From the NCBI GenBank assembly GCA_966210885.1, contig CBIHLQ010000004.1:13620-77619 (forward strand): a stretch of 64,000 nucleotides of DNA, in the 5' to 3' direction. A program made the position numbers and the translations under genes. Under the pieces are notes generated by a model. The model was not told the origin of the DNA, made no database searches, and was given only the letters and a program-made list of their open reading frames with translations. This document shows, piece after piece, positions 1 to 10,506 of the stretch. Within the stretch, counting starts at the first letter, position 1; the number at the start of each line of letters is the position of its first letter. Source of the DNA: an uncultured Pseudomonas sp. (GTDB lineage: Bacteria; Pseudomonadota; Gammaproteobacteria; Pseudomonadales; Pseudomonadaceae).

Positions 1-14
1 TGGCGGAATCTCAC

Positions 15-1253
15 ATGGACCAGTCGAAGAAAACCCTTTGGCACTTTCCCTTGGCGCTGGCGGCGATGCTGGTTCTCAGCGCCTGCGGCAAAGCCCCGGA
101 AGCCACTGCGCAGATGCCGGTAGCTCAGGTCAGCGTCGCCGAAGTGATCGAACAACCGATCAACGAGTGGGACGAGTTCACCGGCCGCCTGGAAGCGCCC
201 GAGTCGGTGGATGTTCGCCCGCGGGTGTCCGGCTTTATCGACCGGGTGGCGTTCGACGAAGGCAGTTTGGTGAAGAAAGGCGATTTGCTGTTCCAGATCG
301 ATCCGCGGCCGTTCCAGGCCGAGGTCAAACGCCTCGAAGCCCAATTGCAACAAGCCCGCGCCAACCAAACCCGCGCCCAGGGCGAAGCCCGTCGCGGCGA
401 GCGTCTGCGCAAGAGCAACGCGATTTCCGCCGAGCTGGCCGATGCCCGCGCCAGCGCCGCCCAGGAAGCCCAGGCCGCGGTCGCAGGCACCCAGGCTGAA
501 CTGGACAACGCCCGCCTCAACCTGAGTTTCACCCGCGTCACCGCGCCCATCGACGGCCGGGTTAGCCGCGCTGAAGTCACCGCCGGCAATCTGGTGACCG
601 CCGGGCAAAGCCACCTCACTTCGCTGGTCAGCACCGACAAGGTCTACGCCTACTTCGATGCCGACGAGCGCGTGTTTCTCAAGTACGTCGAGCTGGCGCG
701 TCAGGCCGGCGGCCAGACTCGCGATGCCAGCCCGGTGTACCTCGGTTTGTCCAGCGAAGAAGGTCACCCGCACCTCGGCCAGCTGGATTTCCTCGACAAC
801 CAGGTCAACCCGCAGACCGGCACCATCCGCGGCCGCGCGGTATTCGATAACAGCGATGGCCGTTTCACCCCCGGCCTTTATGCCCGGCTCAAGCTGGTTG
901 GCAGCAGCCAGTACGCCGCCGCGCTGATCAAGGATGAGGCGGTCGGCACGGATCTCGGCAAGAAGTTCGTCCTGGTACTCGATAAGGACAACGCCGTGCA
1001 GTACCGCGCCATCGAACTGGGGCCGAAACTGGAAGGCCTGCGCATCGTGCGTAGCGGCCTCTCCAAGGGCGAGAAGATCGTGGTCAACGGTCTGCAGCGC
1101 GCCTTCCCTGGCTCCACGGTCGATCCGCAAAACGTGCCCATGGCCGACGAAGCCACCCTCGCCCAACTGGCCCGCCTGCGCCGATCCGTGGATGACCTTG
1201 ATGACCCACGGGTCGCCAAACACGACATCAACAATGGCAAGCCGCGCGGCTGA
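15..1253 (+). CDS. mexE: RND efflux membrane fusion protein (MexE-like lipoprotein)
   Basis: Lipobox LSAC, MFP motifs (GRLEAPESVDVRPRVSG, APIDGRV); first gene of an MFP-RND-OMF operon. Confidence 0.92.
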   Translation: MDQSKKTLWHFPLALAAMLVLSACGKAPEATAQMPVAQVSVAEVIEQPINEWDEFTGRLEAPESVDVRPRVSGFIDRVAFDEGSLVKKGDLLFQIDPRPFQAEVKRLEAQLQQARANQTRAQGEARRGERLRKSNAISAELADARASAAQEAQAAVAGTQAELDNARLNLSFTRVTAPIDGRVSRAEVTAGNLVTAGQSHLTSLVSTDKVYAYFDADERVFLKYVELARQAGGQTRDASPVYLGLSSEEGHPHLGQLDFLDNQVNPQTGTIRGRAVFDNSDGRFTPGLYARLKLVGSSQYAAALIKDEAVGTDLGKKFVLVLDKDNAVQYRAIELGPKLEGLRIVRSGLSKGEKIVVNGLQRAFPGSTVDPQNVPMADEATLAQLARLRRSVDDLDDPRVAKHDINNGKPRG

Positions 1254-1263
1254 TAAGACGCCT

Positions 1264-1313
1264 TGGTGCGCACGGCGCACCCTACCCGACCGTAGGGTGC
1301 GCTATGCGCACCA
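1264..1313. repeat. REP-type inverted repeat pair between mexE and mexF
   Basis: TGGTGCGCACGGCGCACCCTAC ... GTAGGGTGCGCTATGCGCACCA; GTAG-headed palindromes typical of Pseudomonas REPs. Confidence 0.8.
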
Positions 1314-1331
1314 GCGCTCAAGGATTCTCAA

Positions 1332-4300
1332 ATGAACTTCTCCCAATTCTTTATTCAGCGGCCGATTTTCGCCGCGGTGCTGTCGCTGATCATCCTGATC
1401 GGCGGCGCCATCTCGCTGTTCCAGTTACCGATCAGCGAATACCCGGAAGTGGTGCCGCCGACCGTGGTGGTGCGCGCCAACTTCCCCGGCGCCAACCCCA
1501 AGGTGATCGGCGAAACCGTTGCCTCGCCGCTGGAACAGGCGATCACCGGCGTCGAAGGCATGTTGTATATGTCCTCGCAAGGCACGGCCGACGGCAAGAT
1601 GACCCTGACCCTGACCTTCGCCCTGGGCACCGACCTGGACAAAGCCCAGGTGCAGGTGCAGAACCGCGTGACCCGCACCATGCCGACCCTGCCCACCGAG
1701 GTGCAGCGCCTCGGCGTGACCGTCGACAAGGCTTCGCCGGACCTGACCATGGTCGTGCACCTGACCTCGCCCGACGACCGCTACGACATGCTTTACCTGT
1801 CCAACTACGCCGCGCTCAACGTCAAGGACGAGCTGGCACGGCTGGAGGGCGTCGGCGATGTGCAGTTGTTCGGCCTCGGCAACTATTCGCTGCGCGTCTG
1901 GCTCGACCCGAACAAGGTGGCCTCGCGCAATCTGACCGCTGCGGACGTGGTCAACGCCATCCGCGAGCAGAATCGTCAGGTCGCCGCCGGCTCGCTCGGC
2001 GCGCCGCCTTCGGCCGGCGACAACAGCTTCCAGCTGTCGATCAACACCCAGGGCCGTCTGGTCAGCGAGGAAGAGTTCGAGAACATCATCGTCCGTGCCG
2101 GTGAGAATGGCGAAATCACCCGTCTGAAAGACATCGCGCGGATCGAGCTGGGCTCCAGCCAATACGCCCTGCGCTCGTTGCTCAACAACAAGCCGGCGGT
2201 AGCCATCCCGGTGTTCCAGCGTCCCGGCTCCAACGCCATCGCCATTTCCGACGCGGTGCGCGCACGCATGGCCGAGCTGAAGCAGAGTTTCCCCGAGGGC
2301 GTCGATTACGAGATCGTCTACGACCCGACCATCTTCGTCCGCGGTTCGATCGAGGCGGTGGTGCATACGCTGCTCGAAGCCATCATTCTGGTGGTGCTGG
2401 TGGTCGTGCTGTTCCTGCAAACCTGGCGCGCTTCGATCATTCCGCTGGCCGCGGTGCCGGTGTCGTTGATCGGCACCTTCGCGGTGATGCACGCCTTCGG
2501 CTTCTCGCTAAACGCGCTGTCGCTGTTCGGCCTGGTGCTGGCGATCGGCATCGTGGTGGACGACGCCATCGTCGTGGTGGAGAACGTCGAACGTAATATC
2601 GGCCTGGGCAAAACCCCGGTGGAAGCCACCAAGCAGGCGATGAAGGAAGTCACCGGCCCGATAGTCGCGACCGCCCTGGTGCTGTGTGCGGTGTTCGTGC
2701 CGACCGCGTTCATCTCTGGCCTGAGCGGACAGTTCTATCAACAGTTCGCGCTGACCATCGCGATTTCCACGGTGATCTCCGCGTTCAACTCGCTGACCCT
2801 GTCCCCGGCCCTGGCCGCGGTGTTGTTGCGCAGTCACGATGCGCCCAAGGACGCCTTCTCCAAACTGCTCGACAGGCTGTTCGGCGGCTGGCTGTTCGCC
2901 CCGTTCAACCGTCTGTTCGAGCGCGCCAGTCACGGCTATGTCGGCACCGTGAAGCGCGTGCTACGTGGCAGCTCGGTGGCCCTGCTGGTGTATGCCGGGC
3001 TGATGGGCCTGACCTATCTGGGTTTTGCGACTACGCCAACAGGGTTTGTACCCGGGCAGGATAAACAGTACCTGGTGGCCTTCGCCCAGTTGCCGGACGC
3101 CGCGACCCTCGATCGCACCGAGGCGGTGATGAAAGAAATGTCGGACATCGCCGGCAAGCACCCCGGTGTGGAAAACACCATCGCCTTCCCCGGTCTGTCG
3201 ATCAACGGCTTCACCAACAGCCCGAACAGCGGCATCGTCTTCGTCGCCCTCAAAGACTTCGATCAGCGTAAGGACGAAAGCATGTCCGCCGGGGCCATTG
3301 CCGCTGAGCTCAACGGCCAGTTCGGCTCTATTCAGGAAGCCTATCTGGCGATCTTCCCGCCACCACCGGTTCAGGGCCTGGGCACCATCGGCGGCTTCCG
3401 CCTGCAAGTGCAGGACCGTGGCAACCTCGGCTACGACGAGCTGTACCTGCAGACCCAAAACGTCATCGCCAAGGCGCGCCAGCTGCCGGAGCTGGACCCG
3501 ATGTCGGTGTTTACCAGCTATCAAGTGAATGTGCCGCAGATCGATGCTGCCATCGACCGCGAGAAGGCCAAGACCCACGGCGTGGCGATCAGCGACATCT
3601 TCGACACCATGCAGATCTACCTGGGCTCGCTGTACGCCAACGACTTCAACCGTTTTGGCCGCACCTACCAGGTCAATGTGCAGGCCGAGCAACAGTTCCG
3701 CCTGGAGCCGCAACAGATCGGCCAGCTCAAGGTGCGCAACAACCGTGGCGAAATGATCCCGCTGTCGACCTTCGTCAAGGTCAGCGACAGCGCCGGCCCG
3801 GATCGGGTGATGCATTACAACGGCTTCCTCACCGCCGAGATCAACGGCGCGGCAGCCCCTGGCTACAGCTCCGGTCAGGCCGAAGCGGCGATTGCCAAAC
3901 TGCTCAAAGAGGAGCTGCCCAACGGCATGAGCTTCGAGTGGACCGACCTGACCTACCAGCAGATCCTTGCCGGTAACAGCGCGATCTTCGTCTTCCCGCT
4001 CTGTGTGCTGCTGGCCTTCCTGGTGCTGGCCGCCCAGTACGAAAGCTGGAGCCTGCCGCTGGCGGTGATCCTGATCGTGCCGATGACCCTGCTGTCGGCC
4101 ATCACCGGGGTGATCCTGGCCGGTGGCGACAACAACATCTTCACCCAGATCGGCTTGATCGTACTGGTGGGGCTGGCGTGCAAGAACGCCATTCTGATCG
4201 TCGAGTTCGCCAAGGAGAAACAGGAAGAAGGCATGGACCGCGTCGCCGCGGTGCTGGAAGCCTGCCGCCTGCGTCTGCGGCCGATCCTGATGACCAGCTT

Positions 4301-4511
4301 CGCCTTCATCATGGGTGTGGTGCCGCTGGTGTTGTCCTCCGGCGCCGGCGCGGAAATGCGCCACGCCATGGGGGTCGCGGTGTTCAGCGGCATGCTCGGG
4401 GTGACCTTCTTCGGTCTGCTGCTGACCCCAGTGTTCTATGTACTGATCCGCGCTTTTGTGGAGAAACACGCTGCGAAAAAAGCCGCGCGTTTGCAGGAGG
4501 TGCAGGCATGA
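1332..4511 (+). CDS. mexF: RND efflux transporter (MexF-like), 1059 aa
   Basis: MNFSQFFIQRPIFA start, GIVVDDAIVVVENVER and CKNAILIVEFA proton-relay motifs, RLRPILMTS. Confidence 0.95.
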   Translation: MNFSQFFIQRPIFAAVLSLIILIGGAISLFQLPISEYPEVVPPTVVVRANFPGANPKVIGETVASPLEQAITGVEGMLYMSSQGTADGKMTLTLTFALGTDLDKAQVQVQNRVTRTMPTLPTEVQRLGVTVDKASPDLTMVVHLTSPDDRYDMLYLSNYAALNVKDELARLEGVGDVQLFGLGNYSLRVWLDPNKVASRNLTAADVVNAIREQNRQVAAGSLGAPPSAGDNSFQLSINTQGRLVSEEEFENIIVRAGENGEITRLKDIARIELGSSQYALRSLLNNKPAVAIPVFQRPGSNAIAISDAVRARMAELKQSFPEGVDYEIVYDPTIFVRGSIEAVVHTLLEAIILVVLVVVLFLQTWRASIIPLAAVPVSLIGTFAVMHAFGFSLNALSLFGLVLAIGIVVDDAIVVVENVERNIGLGKTPVEATKQAMKEVTGPIVATALVLCAVFVPTAFISGLSGQFYQQFALTIAISTVISAFNSLTLSPALAAVLLRSHDAPKDAFSKLLDRLFGGWLFAPFNRLFERASHGYVGTVKRVLRGSSVALLVYAGLMGLTYLGFATTPTGFVPGQDKQYLVAFAQLPDAATLDRTEAVMKEMSDIAGKHPGVENTIAFPGLSINGFTNSPNSGIVFVALKDFDQRKDESMSAGAIAAELNGQFGSIQEAYLAIFPPPPVQGLGTIGGFRLQVQDRGNLGYDELYLQTQNVIAKARQLPELDPMSVFTSYQVNVPQIDAAIDREKAKTHGVAISDIFDTMQIYLGSLYANDFNRFGRTYQVNVQAEQQFRLEPQQIGQLKVRNNRGEMIPLSTFVKVSDSAGPDRVMHYNGFLTAEINGAAAPGYSSGQAEAAIAKLLKEELPNGMSFEWTDLTYQQILAGNSAIFVFPLCVLLAFLVLAAQYESWSLPLAVILIVPMTLLSAITGVILAGGDNNIFTQIGLIVLVGLACKNAILIVEFAKEKQEEGMDRVAAVLEACRLRLRPILMTSFAFIMGVVPLVLSSGAGAEMRHAMGVAVFSGMLGVTFFGLLLTPVFYVLIRAFVEKHAAKKAARLQEVQA

Positions 4512-5896
4512 AAGCATTGGCTCCCGCACTCCTGACCCTTGCGCTGACCGCTTGCGCCGTTGGCCCCGACTATCAAATGCCGGCAACCGCGCCGGCGCAG
4601 TTGAGCAGCGCCGAAACCGACAGCTACGACCGCTCGCGTTTCGAGGCGCTCTGGTGGCAGCAGTTCGACGACCCGACCCTGAACCGCTTGGTCCAGCAGT
4701 CGCTCGACGGCAACCGCCAACTGCGCGAGGCCTTCGCCCGTCTGCGCGCCGCCCGGGCTATTCGCGACGACGTCGCCAATGATCGCCTGCCGACCGTCAC
4801 CAGCCGCGCCAGCGGCGAGTTCGGCAAGGCCCAGCAGCCACCCACCAGCGAGCAGCGCATCCGTCAGGAACGCTATGACCTGGGCTTGGACATGGCCTGG
4901 GAGCTGGACCTGTTCGGCCGCATCCAGCGCCAACTGGAGGCCAGCGACGCGCAGATCGAGGTCGCCGAAGCCGACTACTACCAACTGCAAGTCAGTCTGA
5001 TCGCCGAGCTGGTGGATGCCTACGGCAACCTGCGCGGCGCGCAATTGCGCGAGCGCATCGCCCTGCAGAACCTGGAAAACCAGCAGGAGTCGCGGGCCAT
5101 CACCGAGCAATTGCGCGAAGCAGGCGTCGGCAGCGAACTGGATGTGCTGCGCAGCGACGCCCGCCTGGCCGCCACCGAAGCCAGCCTGCCGCAATTGCAA
5201 GCGCAGCAGCAACGGGCCAAACACCGTATCGCCACCCTGCTCGGCCAGCGCCCGGACCAGCTCGACGTGGATTTGTCCGCCGAGCCATTGCCGGCCATCG
5301 CCAAGGCCCTGCCGATCGGCGACCCGGCCGAACTGCTGCGGCGCAGGCCGGACGTGCGCGCCGCCGAGCGCCAGTTGGCGGCGGCAACGGCGAATATCGG
5401 CGTGGCCACCGCGGATCTGTTCCCACGGGTCAGCCTCAGCGGTTTTCTCGGCTTCGCCGCCGGCCGCGGTTCGCAGCTCGGTTCCTCGGCAGCGCGCGCT
5501 TGGAGCCTGGGCCCGAGCATCACCTGGGCGGCGTTCGACCTGGGCAGCGTGCGCGCGCGTTTACGCGGCGCCGAAGCCGAGGCCGAAGGCGCATTGGCCA
5601 ACTATGAACAGGAGGTCCTGCTGGCCCTGGAAGAATCGGCCAACGCCTTCAGCGACTACGCGAAGAACCAGCAACGCCTGCTCGCCCTGCTGCGCCAATC
5701 CGAAGCCAGCCGCGCCGCCGCCGAGCAAGCCGCGGTGCGCTACCGCGAAGGCGAAGTGGACTTCCTGGTACTGCTCGACGCCGAGCGCGAACGCCTCGCC
5801 GCCGAAGACGCCCAGGCCGTCGCCGAGGTCGAGCTGTACCGCGGCATAGTCGCCATCTACAAGGCGCTCGGCGGCGGTTGGCAGCCCAGCGCCTAG
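4508..5896 (+). CDS. oprN: Outer membrane efflux factor (OprN-like)
   Basis: ATG at 4508 overlaps the mexF stop (ATGA); lipobox LTAC; WELDLFG and RRPDVRAAE OMF motifs. The ORF-track start at 4178 is an over-extension. Confidence 0.92.
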   Translation: MKALAPALLTLALTACAVGPDYQMPATAPAQLSSAETDSYDRSRFEALWWQQFDDPTLNRLVQQSLDGNRQLREAFARLRAARAIRDDVANDRLPTVTSRASGEFGKAQQPPTSEQRIRQERYDLGLDMAWELDLFGRIQRQLEASDAQIEVAEADYYQLQVSLIAELVDAYGNLRGAQLRERIALQNLENQQESRAITEQLREAGVGSELDVLRSDARLAATEASLPQLQAQQQRAKHRIATLLGQRPDQLDVDLSAEPLPAIAKALPIGDPAELLRRRPDVRAAERQLAAATANIGVATADLFPRVSLSGFLGFAAGRGSQLGSSAARAWSLGPSITWAAFDLGSVRARLRGAEAEAEGALANYEQEVLLALEESANAFSDYAKNQQRLLALLRQSEASRAAAEQAAVRYREGEVDFLVLLDAERERLAAEDAQAVAEVELYRGIVAIYKALGGGWQPSA

Positions 5897-5930
5897 CTCT
5901 CTCCTTGGTTGGCCCAGCCAGCCTTTTCCC

Positions 5931-5963
5931 AGCCACGGTAACGCTCGTTACCGTGGTTTTTTT
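5931..5963 (+). terminator. Rho-independent terminator of mexEF-oprN
   Basis: CCACGGTAAC-GCTC-GTTACCGTGG perfect 10 bp stem followed by 7 T. Confidence 0.9.
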
Positions 5964-6120
5964 CATGTCCCCATTACGTGTTGCATGGGCGACGGCTGGG
6001 TTAGCCGAAGATGTACCCCAGCGACCTCAAGCATCTCAGCCATGTTGAATTCCAATGCTGTTCGTGAGTGATGCTCAACCACTTCCCTCCGGATTCCATA
6101 CGGATCTACCAAAGCTATTC

Positions 6121-6197
6121 AGGGTGGATCGGGGCGCGTAGATGATACTTTTTTCATCCACCATCGCGGCCGGTGGATGAGCGTCATCCGCCCTACG
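6121..6197. repeat. Degenerate REP/REPIN doublet
   Basis: AGGGTGGAT...TTTTTCATCCACC...GGTGGATGAGCGTCATCCGCCCTAC; nested inverted repeats ending in CTAC, left GTAG head missing. Confidence 0.65.
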
Positions 6198-6279
6198 AGG
6201 TCAGGCCTTGCGGATATACATAGGATCTACAACGGCGGCCATACCACGTTCGCGTAGACATTGGTCGGAACGTATTCAG

Positions 6280-8946
6280 TCACTGCGCGATGTGCGAATC
6301 AGGTGCTATAACTTTTGCCTTATTCGGTACCACCAGCAGATCCATACCTGAGATAAAGGTGCCGTCGCCTGACACCGTTATCATCCGAGTCCCCGTATCG
6401 GTCAGCCCAAGGCGCTGTAGTTGCTCGGGTGAGACCCGTAGTAGGTAATCGCCGGCGACTACTCCGGGGATGATATAGAAGCCATCCCAGCTACTGGTTA
6501 TCTGGCCAACGATCTCCATCCGCTCGTCCAACAGCTCCAGTTGCATATCGCCGATGCCCCGCTTGTTCTCATGCTCGAACAGATAGACAGTGCCATCGAT
6601 TTCAGTGGTCATGCGCACTGGAAAATCCAGTTCGGCCACTCGACCAGGACGAGGCACCAGGCTATGGCCGGCGACCTCGGGTGCCCATTGCGGATCGCTC
6701 AGGGTGCTGGTATCCACGCCTATATCGACACGCTGCTTGATCGGCAGTTGCCTCATATGGGCGATGCCCTGCGCGTCTGTGCGGACTTGCCGCCTGCCAC
6801 CGTTAATGGTGAACCCTGCCCCCTCCAGCGGATCCTCGCCGGGATCCATCACCCCGTTATTGTTGTTGTCCAGAAACATGCGTACGGAGGCGGCACCGGT
6901 ATTTGCCATAGGCTGTGCATCGAGCAGCCAGTCGGCCTTGCGTGGATCTCGGCCCAGGGAGAGAAAGAACTGCATACCGACTGCGATATCGCCGCTGTCC
7001 AGGTAGCTGGCGTTGACCCCCAGGCCGAATCGCCCCAGGCTTTTGGTGAAGCCGGCGGTATAACGTGTTTCGGGCGACTGAAAGCTGTGCGCAATACCCA
7101 GGGTCAGCCGATAACCCTCCGCCAGGTACTTGTCCGCCGTTAGGGCCACGCTGGCGAGTTCCGCCTGGGGGGCCAGGTTGTAGCTCAGTTGGCCACGAAA
7201 ACTCATATCGCGTATGCGTTGGCTGAGCTGCAAATTGCCGAAAGCGAACTCGTCGCCATTGATGGAATGCCAGTTGAGGGTATTGCTCAGCGCCGTGCGA
7301 TAGGCATACCCGGAGATGCGGGTGCTGACATCGTTATCGATTCGGCCGGATTCGTGCTCATCGCGAGTCGCCTGAAAGGTGATCGGTATCCGTGAGCGAG
7401 CGCCCACCGGAATGGAGCCGCTCAACCGTAGCTCATCACGGCTCTTGATGGGATCGTTGTAGAAGAGGAAGTAGTCGCTTTTGAAGTCGTAGAGAAACAA
7501 ACGACTGGCATCTATCGAAACGCCGCCGAGACGAGTCTGCAAGCCGAGTTCCGTTAGCGAGCCACCCTCTTGATCTCTGATCAGATCGGTGTTCAGACTC
7601 AAAGATTGCCAGAAAGTCCTCAGCCCGATATTGGAATACTGATGTTCGACACCATCCACGGGCGCTCTGATCAAGCCACCTGTGGCAGAGAGCGTTCGGG
7701 ACAATCCCATATCGAACTGGGCGATTGAGCGCGTCAGACCATCCTCGTCGCGATGCTCGATCAGGTTGTACTGGAGTTCGCCCGGCAACACCATGGACTC
7801 GGCGAGGGAGTAGCTATATTGCTCGACCTGGGTTTGCCCCAGGGGACCATGGAAAACCAATTGAAAGTCGTTGCGGCCATAGCTCAGGGGCTGGTCCTCA
7901 AAGCGATAGCGGCCCTCGGCATTGGGTTGCTGGAAGCCCACCAGTGCGCCGTTGTAGAAGAGTTCCACATCCCACCCCGGCGGCAGGTCGCCCTCAAAAG
8001 TCTGGCGGTCGAACTGCGTGGGCCGGGTCAGTGGCCGATTGCTCAGGGTGATCCCCTCGCCGGCTCTGCCCTGGGTAATGTTATCCACGCTCGGAGTGGA
8101 AAGACTGCCGAATTGGAAGGATCGCGCCTGCAGGGGGCCCAGCAGGCCGCCATCCGGATCGTGCCGCCCAAAGGTCGCGCGTATTTCTTGTGACTCACCT
8201 GCTGTATCGCCATTGAGATAAAGGGTGGACTCCATGCCCAGCAGATCGCCCGTCAAGAGTGCGGTGTAACGGCTATCGGTATGGGTGCCGGTATCGTCGC
8301 GGCGGGCTTCCGTCGCGAATGTCTGATCGATGAAGGGGGTGCTCAACATCTGATAAGGCATGTCGTGACGTGGATAGCCGGGATCCTCGTAGGCGCCATG
8401 CCTCCCGGCCCGCTCACCGACGCGTGCGCGCCGCAAGCGGGCCTGTAACGGTAAAGGTTCGAGCGGATAGACCTGCAATGTCAGCCTCGGTCGGTCGACC
8501 TCCAGCTCTATCGGTAGCCAGCGCTCGATCAACGATACCGCGACGTACAGATCGTCTGGCTCCGCCTGCACCAGCGCGGGATCGAAGGCTTCCGTTTCAC
8601 CGGCCAGGGTAATGCGAGCCTCTTTCAGGTTCAGGCTGAATCCGCGGTCCTCGCTCAGGACGAAACCGCTGGCGGTACCCTGCCCGGGCTGGGTCTGCAC
8701 CGCGATCGTGAGCAGGCGCGCCAGCTCGCCCAGAGGCAACAAGGTGTGTTCACCCATGTCAAAGGCAGGAATGGCGTCGGACAGCACCGATTGATCCAGA
8801 CGCACCTCGAGCAGCAGGCTCGGCTCAGAAGACTCAAGCCCAGGTTCCTGGGCGGCCAGGATACCGGCATGGCCCAGCAGCCCCGGCAATAACGCCAGCC
8901 GGACGAACCTACCCACCGCCCTCTGACAGGCTGCTAAAAATTTCAT
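6280..8946 (-). CDS. Atypical fimbrial usher-like outer membrane protein with C-terminal SdrD-B/carboxypeptidase-regulatory-like domains, 888 aa
   Basis: Signal peptide; usher plug-like segment EGDLPPGWDVELFYNGALVG...YRFEDQPLSYGRNDFQLVFHGPLGQ; amphipathic beta-strand core; C-terminal FLDNNNNGVMDPGE motif; lies downstream of a chaperone and pilins. Confidence 0.8.
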   Translation of the reverse strand: MKFLAACQRAVGRFVRLALLPGLLGHAGILAAQEPGLESSEPSLLLEVRLDQSVLSDAIPAFDMGEHTLLPLGELARLLTIAVQTQPGQGTASGFVLSEDRGFSLNLKEARITLAGETEAFDPALVQAEPDDLYVAVSLIERWLPIELEVDRPRLTLQVYPLEPLPLQARLRRARVGERAGRHGAYEDPGYPRHDMPYQMLSTPFIDQTFATEARRDDTGTHTDSRYTALLTGDLLGMESTLYLNGDTAGESQEIRATFGRHDPDGGLLGPLQARSFQFGSLSTPSVDNITQGRAGEGITLSNRPLTRPTQFDRQTFEGDLPPGWDVELFYNGALVGFQQPNAEGRYRFEDQPLSYGRNDFQLVFHGPLGQTQVEQYSYSLAESMVLPGELQYNLIEHRDEDGLTRSIAQFDMGLSRTLSATGGLIRAPVDGVEHQYSNIGLRTFWQSLSLNTDLIRDQEGGSLTELGLQTRLGGVSIDASRLFLYDFKSDYFLFYNDPIKSRDELRLSGSIPVGARSRIPITFQATRDEHESGRIDNDVSTRISGYAYRTALSNTLNWHSINGDEFAFGNLQLSQRIRDMSFRGQLSYNLAPQAELASVALTADKYLAEGYRLTLGIAHSFQSPETRYTAGFTKSLGRFGLGVNASYLDSGDIAVGMQFFLSLGRDPRKADWLLDAQPMANTGAASVRMFLDNNNNGVMDPGEDPLEGAGFTINGGRRQVRTDAQGIAHMRQLPIKQRVDIGVDTSTLSDPQWAPEVAGHSLVPRPGRVAELDFPVRMTTEIDGTVYLFEHENKRGIGDMQLELLDERMEIVGQITSSWDGFYIIPGVVAGDYLLRVSPEQLQRLGLTDTGTRMITVSGDGTFISGMDLLVVPNKAKVIAPDSHIAQ

Positions 8947-8960
8947 GGCAGACGTGCTGA

Positions 8961-9878
8961 TCAGGGCAGCTGAAGAACCGCCTCGGCCAGCAGGTCGCCG
9001 CCGTCCTCCGCCTGTTCCCGGTAAGTGATCCGCAGCACCCCATTGGCCAATTGCAGGCCGCCTGGAGGATCGAGCCTCAGCTTGGCGCGCCGCAGCGGAT
9101 TAGGGGTATAGACGGCCACGCCATTGGCACGACCGATGATCTGTTCGGCGCCCCCCTTGGGGGTGAAACTGGCAGCCAGATCGCCGTAAACGGACTGATT
9201 GCCGCTGCGCTCCATCTGCAAGGCCAGCAGTGATTGCCCGCGAGGCAGGTGCTGAAGCTCGAGCTGGGTCAAGGCCACGTCGGCATCGGTATTGCCATGG
9301 CGAACAATGACTGGGATGGAGATGCCGAGCAACGTATTCAGGACGATCCCGATGCCTTTGTCATTGCGGGTTTCGATGCTGGATCTGCCTTTGGCTTCCG
9401 GCAACTGGGTAAACAGCAAGTGCGAACGGTATTCTCCTGCCGCAAGATCGCCGGGTTTGCGCACCATGATGCGGACAGTCTGCCCCGCCCCCGGAGCAAG
9501 CGTCACCTGTCTCGGGGAATAGCGCAGCATGCTGTCGGAAAACTGCTCGCCTGGCTGTGGGGTCTCGATGTCTGAAAAGGCTCCGGTTTCGTCCATGCGC
9601 CGATTAACCAGGCTGATTCGATAAGTCGCGCTTTGGCTACCATTGTTGATCAATTCAAGCTGGGCTGCCCGCTGGTTGCCCTTGAAGACTATGCGGGTTG
9701 GATAAAGCATCAGCTCCGCCAGCGCTTCGCTCATACAGAACAGCATGAGCACACCGCATACAACTGCAGTTAAACGCCGGGGAAACCGGCTCGTGGCCAA
9801 AGTCCAGGAACAGGATGATTGAATCATGGCTCCGGCTGTTCCGGTGCGGATAGCTCTAGTCGAAGTGGTAACGCTCAT
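8961..9878 (-). CDS. Periplasmic pilus chaperone (PapD-N/EcpB-like)
   Basis: LMLYPTRIVF, YSPRQVTLAPGAGQTVRI and GEYRSHL motifs; ATG at 9878 has an AAGGA RBS 8 nt upstream (alternative start 9827). Confidence 0.85.
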   Translation of the reverse strand: MSVTTSTRAIRTGTAGAMIQSSCSWTLATSRFPRRLTAVVCGVLMLFCMSEALAELMLYPTRIVFKGNQRAAQLELINNGSQSATYRISLVNRRMDETGAFSDIETPQPGEQFSDSMLRYSPRQVTLAPGAGQTVRIMVRKPGDLAAGEYRSHLLFTQLPEAKGRSSIETRNDKGIGIVLNTLLGISIPVIVRHGNTDADVALTQLELQHLPRGQSLLALQMERSGNQSVYGDLAASFTPKGGAEQIIGRANGVAVYTPNPLRRAKLRLDPPGGLQLANGVLRITYREQAEDGGDLLAEAVLQLP

Positions 9879-9994
9879 TTTCCAATTCCTTCTAATTCCA
9901 CTTGTTCCCTGCGATCTGCGCAGGAAATGTGGATCCTTATTGAGCGGCATCTTTTTGCCGTTTCGACGAGGGTCGCCTGTGAATCTCGCTTGGC

Positions 9995-10459
9995 TCAGTT
10001 GTAGTTGACGATAACCATGAAACTGCCCGAATACTGGCCGGCAGTCTGACCGCTGCCCACCTGGAGAGCGGCACCCACCGACAAGGTCTGGGAGCCGCCC
10101 GCACTCAATTGGCCGCCTGCTTCCGACGGCGTGCTGGTGAAATCGTTGATAATCATGTCGGCGCCCGGCCCAGTCAGCTTTACAAAGTCGTTGGCTGGCA
10201 ACTCTATGGTATAGGTGGCATTGGGGTCGCCGGTGACCGTGAACTTGGCGGCCTGGCCTGCACTCGAAGGGATCAGCATCACGTCCCCGCTGGCACTGCG
10301 CATATCGTTGGTATCGACCGCCACGGTACCACCAACGCCAGCTACGAAGCTGCCGAAGGCCAAGGACTGGGTATTCTGGATGGCGATTTCCGCGCGGACA
10401 CTGGGAGCCATGAGGACGGCCAGTAGACTAACCGCGGCGATCGGCAGGTAATGCTTCAT
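9995..10459 (-). CDS. DUF4402-like pilin subunit 3 (candidate tip/minor subunit)
   Basis: Signal peptide MKHYL...VRA, LAFGSF, VGAALQVGSGQTAGQYSGSFMVIVNYN; start has a GAGAGAG RBS. Confidence 0.85.
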   Translation of the reverse strand: MKHYLPIAAVSLLAVLMAPSVRAEIAIQNTQSLAFGSFVAGVGGTVAVDTNDMRSASGDVMLIPSSAGQAAKFTVTGDPNATYTIELPANDFVKLTGPGADMIINDFTSTPSEAGGQLSAGGSQTLSVGAALQVGSGQTAGQYSGSFMVIVNYN

Positions 10460-10506
10460 TGGCTCTCTCTCGGGTGGGTGATTCCAGAGTACTGCAGGGC
10501 CCGATA

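Noticed and set aside
6001-6099. 32-aa minus-strand ORF MESGGKWLSITHEQHWNSTWLRCLRSLGYIFG
   Set aside because: No RBS, too short, and the LRSLGY resemblance to sulfatase tails is probably chance
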